Below, one piece after another: positions 42,336-50,167 of a DNA stretch of 64,000 nucleotides; the first letter of the stretch is position 1; every line of letters begins with the position of its first letter. The notes under the pieces were generated by a model. That model saw only the letters and a list, made by a program, of their open reading frames with translations, was not told the DNA's origin and searched no databases. The stretch covers positions 12,837 through 76,836 of the forward strand of contig JALWGC010000011.1 in NCBI GenBank assembly GCA_027038835.1, written 5' to 3'. The translations under genes and the position numbers were made by a program. The stretch is from Helicobacteraceae bacterium (GTDB lineage Bacteria; Campylobacterota; Campylobacteria; Campylobacterales; Sulfurimonadaceae).

Positions 42336-42447
42336 ATGAACATTTGTTAATATTGTATCGAAAATATATTAACAAGCGTTCATTTCAACAAATTGGAAAA
42401 TGAACGATTGTTCATATTTAGTTTTGACGGTATGAACAAATGTTCAC
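42336..42447. promoter_or_regulatory. array of four 16-bp palindromic sites (ATGAAC-N4-GTTCAT) phased every 32 bp
   Basis: Sites are ATGAACATTTGTTAAT (42336), ATTAACAAGCGTTCAT (42368), ATGAACGATTGTTCAT (42400) and ATGAACAAATGTTCAC (42432). Site starts are exactly 32 nt apart. The function as an operator is inferred. Confidence 0.5.
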
Positions 42448-42458
42448 ACCTTATTTTA

Positions 42459-42467
42459 TGATATAAT
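42459..42467 (+). promoter_or_regulatory. extended -10 promoter (TGATATAAT) for rnpB
   Basis: TGnTATAAT ends 9 nt before the first base of the RNase P RNA P1 stem. Confidence 0.6.
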
Positions 42468-42476
42468 TTCGTAATA

Positions 42477-42820
42477 ATTCGGGTGCAGCGGAGTGTTGCT
42501 TGTTGATTGCAACAAGAGGAAAGTCCGAGCTGCTCCAAGAGAGTGTTCCATCTAACGGATGGCTGGGGTAACCCAAGGGAAAGTGCAACAGAAACTAGAC
42601 TTCTACTTGCTTGTCATGTACAAGAAGTAGTAAAGGTGAAACGGTGGTGTAAGAGACCACCAGTCCTTGCAGCAATGCTTGGAGCTTGTAAACCCAACAC
42701 GGCAGCAAGAAGCGTATGGTAAAACTCTTGGATTGTAGCGCTTCGCTTGAGATGTATTGTGAAATACATATTAGATTAATAACCTCCAAGACAGAACTCG
42801 GCTTATAGCTGCACCCGAAT
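42477..42820 (+). ncRNA. rnpB: RNase P RNA (bacterial type A)
   Basis: Universal motif GAGGAAAGTCCG at 42516-42527, AAGTGCAACAGAAA, GGTGTAAGAGACCACC, and ACAGAACTCGGCTTA near the 3' end. P1 pairing ATTCGGGTGCAGC (42477-42489) with GCTGCACCCGAAT (42808-42820). Confidence 0.92.
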
Positions 42821-42946
42821 TTCGATGTCATATACGATAATATGAATATTAACCGGTGTTCATCCTGTTTTTTGACATAAAAATATTTTCAAGAGAATTT
42901 ACATTATGTTAACCAAAAACAATCTATCTCCCAGAAAGGATACATT

Positions 42947-43177
42947 TTGAATGAAAATCAAAAAGAACTCGATCTCAAGCAAAAGCTCATTCTCGACATA
43001 CAAAAACTACTAAATAGCTACGATGCGACTCATACGACGACTATCAACCCCTCTTTGCTCCAGTATATGGATGAAAAAGATTTGAAACAGATCATAGATG
43101 ATCTTTTGACACAAAAAGAGCAGCTTCTCGATCAAAATAAAGAATGGCTTTCTCAATTTAAAAAAGACTACAAATAA
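42947..43177 (+). CDS. small hypothetical protein (76 aa, helical/charged)
   Basis: TTG start lies 8 nt after AAGGA. No recognisable motif. Coding status is uncertain. Confidence 0.4.
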   Translation: MNENQKELDLKQKLILDIQKLLNSYDATHTTTINPSLLQYMDEKDLKQIIDDLLTQKEQLLDQNKEWLSQFKKDYK

Positions 43178-43292
43178 CCATTAACATAAATAAAAAATAA
43201 AAAATTTGTTAATAGTTTCAAAATGTTATTGTTCTATTAACGTTTTTTGTGTAAAATTTCGGTAACAAAAAAAATTACTTGAAAGGTTTACT

Positions 43293-43841
43293 ATGGAAAA
43301 CATAGATTTGGTTCAACTTACATCACAAACTAAAAAACTTACGGCGTTGATCGTTGAAGATGAAAAAGTTACAAACGAGCTTTTGAGCTCCACTTTTAAA
43401 AACTTCTTTGCAGAGGTTTACTCTACCCTCAATTCAGACGAAGCTTTGGAACTTTATAAGAAACACACTCCTGATGTCGTTTTTGTAGATATCGTTATGG
43501 AAGGGATGGACGGTATAGAGCTTACTCGCCGCATTAGAGAGATCAATCCTAAACAAATCGTTATCGTTATTTCCGGAAGCAACGATATGGGTAAAATCGC
43601 CGAGTCGATCGAAGTTGGAGTCAACAGTTTCATTCAAAAACCTATAGATACGAAAAAAATCATCGATTTGCTTGCAAGCATCGTTTCTATGATTAACAAA
43701 AAACGTAAACAACAAACAAAAACATTCTCAATCTCTTTGCCGCTCGATCTTTACGACCTTGTCAACGACAACGCAAAAGCGGAATCTATCTCTAAAAATG
43801 CGGTTATCATCCGCGCGCTTCGTAAATTTTACGACGCTTAA
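43293..43841 (+). CDS. orphan response regulator: receiver domain fused to a CopG/Arc-type ribbon-helix-helix
   Basis: Canonical REC residues (VEDE; phospho-acceptor in FVDIVMEGMDG; ISGS; FIQKP). The last ~45 aa (FSISLPLDLYDLVNDNAKAESISKNAVIIRALRKFY) fit a beta-strand/helix/helix RHH pattern. Confidence 0.75.
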   Translation: MENIDLVQLTSQTKKLTALIVEDEKVTNELLSSTFKNFFAEVYSTLNSDEALELYKKHTPDVVFVDIVMEGMDGIELTRRIREINPKQIVIVISGSNDMGKIAESIEVGVNSFIQKPIDTKKIIDLLASIVSMINKKRKQQTKTFSISLPLDLYDLVNDNAKAESISKNAVIIRALRKFYDA

Positions 43842-43847
43842 TTATTT

Positions 43848-43885
43848 AGACGGAAAAGTTAGAAAAAACTTTTCTGTCTTTTTTT
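43848..43885 (+). terminator. rho-independent terminator after the response regulator gene
   Basis: 13-bp stem AGACGGAAAAGTT / AACTTTTCTGTCT (one G-U pair), 6-nt loop, then TTTTTTT. Confidence 0.85.
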
Positions 43886-43960
43886 GTTTTTTAGCTTTTT
43901 TTAAGTGATATTTCTTTATAATTTCGCCACCTAACACAAAGCGACTTAGCTTCTTTAGAT

Positions 43961-44035
43961 GGCCCCTTCATCTAGCGGTTAGGATTCCAGGTTTTCATCC
44001 TGGCCACAGGGGTTCGAGTCCCCTAGGGGTCACCA
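43961..44035 (+). tRNA. tRNA-Glu (anticodon UUC), CCA encoded
   Basis: GGCCCCTTCATCTAGCGGTTAGGATTCCAGGTTTTCATCCTGGCCACAGGGGTTCGAGTCCCCTAGGGGTCACCA. Anticodon stem CCAGG/CCTGG, loop TTTTCAT. A TATAAT lies at 43917-43922 upstream. Confidence 0.9.
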
Positions 44036-44178
44036 CTCTTTTTTCTGAACAAACATCCATTTTACATCAAATTTTCAACCTCGAAGTTTTGTTATAGTGT
44101 GTTTTTTGCTACGTCCGTTAATGATTCTTTTTGGGTCTTCAATTTGGAAGAGAGGAACTCGCATCCCCCTCTTACTTT

Positions 44179-46437
44179 TTAGGATTGGAGTTTTTTCGCT
44201 ACGAGTTCGTTGACGATTTTAGGATTGGCTTTGCCGCCTGTAGCTTTGAGCGTTTGTCCAATGAAAAATCCAAGAAGCTTTTTATTCCCTTCTTTGAATT
44301 TTTGCACGTTTTGTGGGTTGTTTGCGATAATTTCTTCAATAATAGGCTCTATGACATTTGGGTCGCTTATTTGCATCAGTCCCCTACTTTCGACTATCGC
44401 TTTTGGATTTTCACCGCTTTTGCTCATTTGTTCGAAAACATCTTTGGCTATTTTAGTGGAAATCGTTTCGTCATCGACTAAAACAGCAAGCTCGGCTATC
44501 TCTTTTGGAGTGTATCGTAGTTCGTTTATCGCTTTGTTTTTAAGCTCCCTTGCGACTTCATTGGTTACGAAGTTGGCTATGGTAGATCGATTCTCACTTA
44601 CACTTAGCGCTTCTTCGTAAAATTTGGAGAGTTTTTCATCTCTTGCAAGGGTGTTCGCAACTTCGTTTCCGAGTTTATGCTCTTGGGTATAGCGTACAAA
44701 AAGCTCCTCTTGCTCTTTTGTCATCGGGGTTACTTCCCCGTCTATTTGTTGAACTTTTTTGGGCTGTGGTTTTGGTTGCGGCTGTTTTGGTTTCGTTTTT
44801 TTCGCCCATGAATCTTTAAGAGCTACGATTTTGTTGAACACCGGATGTTCTTCGTTGTAGTCGATTGGATCGGCATAGAAGTAGCCGATACGCTCGAATT
44901 GGAAACGCTCATTCGGTCTTTCTTCGACGACTGCCGGTTCGACCAGCGCGTTTTGCACCACTTTCAAAGAGTTCGGGTTCAAATCTTCTATCCCTTGCGG
45001 TGCTTCGTTTTTGAAGAGTCTATCATAAAGGCGTAGTTCCACCCGCTTGGCATTTTGCGCTTCCACCCATTGGATGGCGCTTTTTACTTTTATGCCGCTT
45101 GTGTCGTTACCGCTTTTGGAGTTTGGAAAATATTTCGCTTTTATTTCGACGATATTTCCCTCTTCGTCACGTATCGCTTCTTCATATTGTATAATATAAG
45201 CGTGTTTGAGGCGTACCGGTTGTGTCGGTGTAAGGCGGTAGTACCCTTTTGGTGGGTTTTCTTCAAAATCGCTCCGCTCGATGTAGATGGTTTTGCCAAA
45301 AGGAACTTTTCTACTCCCCTCTTTCGCTACATCGCTTGGGTAGTAAGGAGCTTCTATCTCTTCGCTGCCTTCATAGTTCGTTATAGTGACTTTTAGCGGC
45401 TCTTGAACGCACATCACCCGTGGAACTTTGGTGTTGAGGTCGTCTCTGATGGCAAACTCGAGTTGTGCGACATCGACGACGGAGTTGGCTTTCGCCACAC
45501 CGATTTGCTCACAAAAATTCAAAATCGATTCAGGTGTGTACCCTCTTCGTCTTAGTCCTGCGATTGTCGGAAGTCTTGGGTCGTCCCAACCGTTGACGTA
45601 TCCACCCTCGACAAGTTCCAAAAGCTTTCTTTTGCTCATTACGGTGTAGTTGATGTTAAGACGCGCAAATTCATGCTGATAAGGTCTTGGGGGTTTGAGA
45701 TCGAGCGTGTCCAAAAGCCAATCGTAAATTTCACGGTTGTTTTCGAACTCCAGCGTACAGATCGAATGGGTTATCCCCTCTATGTAGTCCGAAAGCGGAT
45801 GGGCGAAATCGTACATCGGGTAGATCGCCCATTTGCCCCCTGCTCGAAAATGGTGCGCATGACGGATTCTATACAACAACGGGTCGCGCATCTTCATATT
45901 TGCCGCACTCATGTCTATTTTGGCACGAAGTACATGCTCGCCGTCTTTGAATTCACCGTTTTTCATTTTTTCAAAAAGCTCCAAATTCTCTTCGATGGAG
46001 CGCTGGGCGTATTTGCTTCTTTTACCGGGTTGGGTTACCGTTCCGCGGTATTCTCTCATCTCCTCTTCGCTGAGGCTATCGACATAGGCTTTCCCCATTT
46101 TTATAAGTTGTATGGCGTATCGGTAGAGTTTGTCGAAATAATCGGACGTGAATTTCACATCACCGTCCCATTCGAATCCAAGCCATTTTACCGCATCTTT
46201 GATCGCTTCGACATACTGTGTATCTTCGGTTGTGGGATTCGTGTCGTCCATTCTCAAGTTACATCTGCCGCCAAACTCTTTGGCGATACCGAAATTGATA
46301 GAGATCGACTTGGCATGTCCTATGTGTGGAAAACCGTTTGGTTCGGGAGGGAAACGGGTGACGACCTCTTCGTACTTGCCCGCTTCAAGGTCGTTTGCGA
46401 CGATAGTTCGTAAAAAATCTCTTCTTTTATTTTCCAT
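44179..46437 (-). CDS. glnS: glutamine--tRNA ligase with C-terminal GatB/YqeY-like appended domain
   Basis: ATG at 46437 (MENKRRDFLRTIV...). Class I motifs HIGH (PHIGHAKS) and VMSKR, plus GlnRS-specific beta-barrel domains. After a Lys/Pro/Gln linker, the last ~190 aa match the GatB C-terminal/YqeY pattern (GLMQISDP...GNKKLLGFFIGQTLKATGGKANPKIVNELV). Confidence 0.88.
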   Translation of the reverse strand: MENKRRDFLRTIVANDLEAGKYEEVVTRFPPEPNGFPHIGHAKSISINFGIAKEFGGRCNLRMDDTNPTTEDTQYVEAIKDAVKWLGFEWDGDVKFTSDYFDKLYRYAIQLIKMGKAYVDSLSEEEMREYRGTVTQPGKRSKYAQRSIEENLELFEKMKNGEFKDGEHVLRAKIDMSAANMKMRDPLLYRIRHAHHFRAGGKWAIYPMYDFAHPLSDYIEGITHSICTLEFENNREIYDWLLDTLDLKPPRPYQHEFARLNINYTVMSKRKLLELVEGGYVNGWDDPRLPTIAGLRRRGYTPESILNFCEQIGVAKANSVVDVAQLEFAIRDDLNTKVPRVMCVQEPLKVTITNYEGSEEIEAPYYPSDVAKEGSRKVPFGKTIYIERSDFEENPPKGYYRLTPTQPVRLKHAYIIQYEEAIRDEEGNIVEIKAKYFPNSKSGNDTSGIKVKSAIQWVEAQNAKRVELRLYDRLFKNEAPQGIEDLNPNSLKVVQNALVEPAVVEERPNERFQFERIGYFYADPIDYNEEHPVFNKIVALKDSWAKKTKPKQPQPKPQPKKVQQIDGEVTPMTKEQEELFVRYTQEHKLGNEVANTLARDEKLSKFYEEALSVSENRSTIANFVTNEVARELKNKAINELRYTPKEIAELAVLVDDETISTKIAKDVFEQMSKSGENPKAIVESRGLMQISDPNVIEPIIEEIIANNPQNVQKFKEGNKKLLGFFIGQTLKATGGKANPKIVNELVAKKLQS

Positions 46438-46532
46438 ATATACGATTGTCCTTATGTTATTTGAACGGTATTTTAGCAAATTAATAAAAATAAGATAAAA
46501 TCGCATCTAAAAACATAATAAACTGGAGAAAG

Positions 46533-47759
46533 ATGTTACGTTATTCGTACAACCCCAAGAAAAAAACTACGTTAGAAGATATCCGTCTGGCTTTGCTGAA
46601 CTTCATTGTCGCAAAACAGCGTAACGAAGCGTTCGTCATTCGTATCGAAGATATCGAAGCGATGCACCACAACGAACAAAGCCAAGACGCCGAATTTGTA
46701 GGGCTTGTAGAGCTTTTTGGCATAGAGTACAAAGATATTTTGCACCAAAGCAAAAACTTGAAGTTCTACTCCGCGATGGCGATAGACCTCATTCACAGAA
46801 AAAAAGCGTTCAACTGCTTTTGCGATGAAGAACAAGAACCTTATGAGGGAAGATGCGAAAACCTCCCTGCAGAAGAGGTCATAGACAATCCAAAGCCGTT
46901 TCGTGTTCGCATAAAAAAACCTGCTTCTTCCGTTTCACTCAACGACGTTGTCCAAGGGGAAATGGAGTTTTCACCTCAAGCCATAGATAGTTTCGTCCTG
47001 CTTCATGTCGATAAAACTCCGACACACACTTTCGCAACCGCCGTTGACGATATGCTTGAAGATATCTCTTTTGTCGTTCAAACCAAAGAAAGTGTCGATA
47101 TAGCGGCAAAAGAGTTGTATGTTTTTGAAAACCTGCGATACGATAAAAATGTCGTTTTTGCACACTTGCCTGCTTTGGAGTGCGACGTCGATGTAAAAAG
47201 TTTGCTCGAAGATGGGTTTTTACCGCAAGCCATCGCGAACTACCTTATAAATCTGAGTGTCGATATGCCAAAAGAGGTTTATACCTTCGAAGAAGCAGTA
47301 ATATTGCTTGATCCAAAAAAGTTTCGCAAAGAGACGCCAAAGTTCGATTTGCAATATCTAAAACGTCTCAACAAAGAGCATCTTCAACGCCTCGATAACA
47401 AAGAACTTAGCCGTTTTGTCGGTTTTGCGGATGATGAAATAGGTAAACTGGCAAAGCTTTTTTTGCCTCGAGCCGACACTACAAAAGAGCTAAAAACGTA
47501 TGTGGAACAGGTTTTTGCCAAAAAAACATTCACAAATGGGTTGGAAGAAGATGCACAAAAACTGAAATTATGCATCAAAGAAGCACCCTATTTCGAGGAG
47601 TTTGTGGATTTTGTCGAATATTTGGAGCGTACCTGCACTCTTGATAGAGAAAAACTCGTTACAATTCTAAACAAAATCGTCTTAGGGGATTTGCAAGAGC
47701 CGAGTTTGGAGACGCTCTATCCCGCCATTAAAAACTATATCAAGGAGATTGCATCATGA
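46533..47759 (+). CDS. GluRS-like paralog with degenerate catalytic motifs (probable pseudo-synthetase)
   Basis: Aligns position for position with the GluRS N-terminus: RFAPSPTGyLHIGGARTALFN versus RYSYNPKKKTTLEDIRLALLN, so HIGG is replaced by TLED. FVIRIEDIE replaces FILRIEDTD. The KMSKS position reads DVDVKSLLEDG. The catalytic-domain core (TPTHTFATAVDDMLEDISFVV; FAHLPAL) is retained. Confidence 0.7.
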   Translation: MLRYSYNPKKKTTLEDIRLALLNFIVAKQRNEAFVIRIEDIEAMHHNEQSQDAEFVGLVELFGIEYKDILHQSKNLKFYSAMAIDLIHRKKAFNCFCDEEQEPYEGRCENLPAEEVIDNPKPFRVRIKKPASSVSLNDVVQGEMEFSPQAIDSFVLLHVDKTPTHTFATAVDDMLEDISFVVQTKESVDIAAKELYVFENLRYDKNVVFAHLPALECDVDVKSLLEDGFLPQAIANYLINLSVDMPKEVYTFEEAVILLDPKKFRKETPKFDLQYLKRLNKEHLQRLDNKELSRFVGFADDEIGKLAKLFLPRADTTKELKTYVEQVFAKKTFTNGLEEDAQKLKLCIKEAPYFEEFVDFVEYLERTCTLDREKLVTILNKIVLGDLQEPSLETLYPAIKNYIKEIAS

Positions 47760-48040
47760 TGGGTGATATTTTATTGGGTATAGGTGGAATCGTCATTTCG
47801 CTTATCAACGTTTATATTTGGATTATTATCATTGCCGCGCTTATCAGCTTTGTCAATCCCGACCCTTACAATCCGGTCGTACAGTTTCTCTACCGCGTAA
47901 CCAATCCGGCTTACGATTTGGTGCGTAGGTTTATGCGTACCGATTTCGGAGGGCTCGATTTCGCGCCGCTCATTATCATCATCGCGTTGCAGGTAGTTAT
48001 TGTGATTCTCACCTCCGTTATGCGTCATATCTCTTTTTAA
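47756..48040 (+). CDS. yggT: YggT family membrane protein
   Basis: 94 aa, 2-3 TM segments. ALISFVNPDPYNPVVQFLYRVTNP motif. ATGA overlap with the upstream gene. Confidence 0.8.
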   Translation: MMGDILLGIGGIVISLINVYIWIIIIAALISFVNPDPYNPVVQFLYRVTNPAYDLVRRFMRTDFGGLDFAPLIIIIALQVVIVILTSVMRHISF

Positions 48041-48050
48041 AAGGGGCGGT

Positions 48051-49649
48051 TTGCTCAAGCTTTTTTTCGTTTTCGCCTTCTTTTACGGTGCTCTTTTTGG
48101 CAGCCAAATCCCCCTTACGCTTGAAAGCTTAAAAAAGTATGAGCCCTCCAGAGCGCGCGATTTTATGGTTTGGGAGTTTTTGCAACTTCCAAACGTATCG
48201 CAAGTAGAAGCCAAAGAAGCTTTCAAACTCGTTCAAAACAAAAACAACTACAAAATAAAAAAACTCTACGCGAAAATCGTAGATGACGAAGTGAGAAAAG
48301 AGTTCGACTGTAAAAAAAGGAAAGATCTCCTTGCCATCACCGATGCGAAATGTTTGCGTTTTGCTTTTTCGTTGTATAAAACCCGCTCTCTCAACCGATT
48401 TGAACGGGAACAACTTGCCAAACGCGACTTGAGTGGATGGCAGAAAAAACTTCTTGTGCTTCAAAACGAACCCTATTCTTTCAAACGGTATCGCACATAT
48501 TCCCCCTCTTTGGTCGTCAGTTACCTTTTGACGGTGCCGAAAAAAGATTTTTACAAAAATTTCAACAAAACTTTGAGCATGGATGATGTGGCTTTTTTGC
48601 AAAAAGCATCCAATTTCCACCGCTTTGTCATGTATGTTGTCACGAACTACGATTTAAACGAACTGCAACGCTCCTTTTTCGGTATAGATGAAAAAAAACT
48701 CTCCTTCGAAACGACGTTTTACTTGGCATTGAACGCTTTGCGAAACGGCAACGAGAAAGAAGCTGCTCGCCTGTTGCGAGCGAGTGAAAAAAAAGCCAGA
48801 CATCAACGCAACATAGACAAAGTCTATTTTTGGTTGTATCAAGCTACACATGATAGAAGCTATCTTGAAACGATGCTTTTGAGTATGAGTATCAACATCT
48901 ACACCCTTTATGCACATGAAACGATGCAAGCGGATGTAGAGAACTATTTTTATGAGTTGCTGACAAACGGCGAACATTCACCGTACGACCTTCGAAATCC
49001 GTTCGATTGGGAAAAAATCATCCAAGAGATAAGAGCTACGAAACCTAACGAACTTTTCAAGCTTGCAAAAAAGTACCGTTATGACGATACATTGGCGGTT
49101 CAGCGCTTTATTGTCGAAAAAGCGTTTCGCTACAAAGCTCACGGTTACATTACACCGTACGAAAAATACCTCAAAGGATTTACAAACGACGAAAAGGCGC
49201 TTGTCTATGCGATCATGCGGCAAGAAAGTGACTATATCCCCTCTTCCATTTCACGCTCGTTCGCCCTTGGACTGATGCAGTTGATGCCTTTTTTAGTAAA
49301 GAACATCGCCAAAAAACAAAATGAAAACATCAAACGTTTCGATGAGATGTTTCAACCACGAAAAAATCTAAAATATGCGAACATCCACTTGCAATGGTTG
49401 AAAAAACTGCTTGATGATAACCCGCTTTATATAGCTTACGCTTACAACGGCGGGTATGGGTTTTTCACCCGTTACAAAGCCGGTGGACGTTTTGGCAAAG
49501 GTGTTTACGAGCCGTTTATGAGTATGGAGATGATGCAAAACGCCCAAAGTAGAGAGTATGGTAAGCGAGTGCTTGCGAATTACGTGATGTATAAAAAAAT
49601 CTACAATGAACCGTTTTCTATCGTTGCGTTTTTTCAAACGTTACGCTAG
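48051..49649 (+). CDS. slt: soluble lytic murein transglycosylase (Slt family)
   Basis: Signal peptide, superhelical N-terminal region, and an SLT catalytic motif (IMRQESDYIPSSISRSFALGLMQLMP; AYNGG). Confidence 0.85.
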   Translation: MLKLFFVFAFFYGALFGSQIPLTLESLKKYEPSRARDFMVWEFLQLPNVSQVEAKEAFKLVQNKNNYKIKKLYAKIVDDEVRKEFDCKKRKDLLAITDAKCLRFAFSLYKTRSLNRFEREQLAKRDLSGWQKKLLVLQNEPYSFKRYRTYSPSLVVSYLLTVPKKDFYKNFNKTLSMDDVAFLQKASNFHRFVMYVVTNYDLNELQRSFFGIDEKKLSFETTFYLALNALRNGNEKEAARLLRASEKKARHQRNIDKVYFWLYQATHDRSYLETMLLSMSINIYTLYAHETMQADVENYFYELLTNGEHSPYDLRNPFDWEKIIQEIRATKPNELFKLAKKYRYDDTLAVQRFIVEKAFRYKAHGYITPYEKYLKGFTNDEKALVYAIMRQESDYIPSSISRSFALGLMQLMPFLVKNIAKKQNENIKRFDEMFQPRKNLKYANIHLQWLKKLLDDNPLYIAYAYNGGYGFFTRYKAGGRFGKGVYEPFMSMEMMQNAQSREYGKRVLANYVMYKKIYNEPFSIVAFFQTLR

Positions 49650-50085
49650 CTTGCGCTTTGTTGAGAAGCTTTAGTGAAAGTTTGAGTTTCGTTGCGTTGC
49701 TTGGCTTGAACTCGACAAGGTAGTAGTGGCTCCAGTCGTTTTTGATGTCAAGCAGATGGGAAAACTCGTTTTGCGGCGGAAGCACCGTCAAAGAAAGCGG
49801 TTTTACGCCGTTAAGACTAAACTCGAGATTTTCAAGCAATCGCTTGTCTTTGGAATAAACGATGACATAGAACGTTTCTTTCTCGTACCTCTTAGGATAG
49901 ACGGCATTTAAATAGAGTGCCGATAGCACACCGCTTACTTCGTCGGCTTTGGTGATTTTTGCAAGTGTTACGTTATCGAATGCAACCTCTTGGTCTTTAA
50001 GGAGTTCAAATTTACTATAAGCGTCTTTGTCGGCACATCCGGCAAGCAAAAAAGAGACTATAAGTGTAAATACAAGCTTTTTCAT
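49618..50085 (-). CDS. lipoprotein, function unknown
   Basis: Lipobox LLAGC after a signal peptide. Converges on slt with a 32-nt overlap. Confidence 0.65.
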   Translation of the reverse strand: MKKLVFTLIVSFLLAGCADKDAYSKFELLKDQEVAFDNVTLAKITKADEVSGVLSALYLNAVYPKRYEKETFYVIVYSKDKRLLENLEFSLNGVKPLSLTVLPPQNEFSHLLDIKNDWSHYYLVEFKPSNATKLKLSLKLLNKAQASVTFEKTQR

Positions 50086-50167
50086 GTGGCTTTTCTTCTT
50101 TTTTTACGAAATTATACCATTTCGTAATCAAAGGTTTTGTATAATTTCGAAAAAACATGGTTGAAAA

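Noticed and set aside
42424-42429. TTGACG as the -35 element of the rnpB promoter.
   Set aside because: It lies 32 nt upstream of the TATAAT, far beyond the 16-18 nt optimum. The extended -10 (TGATATAAT) suffices in this phylum.
42336-42447. Possibility that the 32-bp periodic repeats are a miniature CRISPR array.
   Set aside because: There are only four units, and the repeats are 16-bp degenerate palindromes rather than 24-40-bp conserved repeats. There are no cas genes or leader, and the units sit in a promoter region. An operator array is far more likely.
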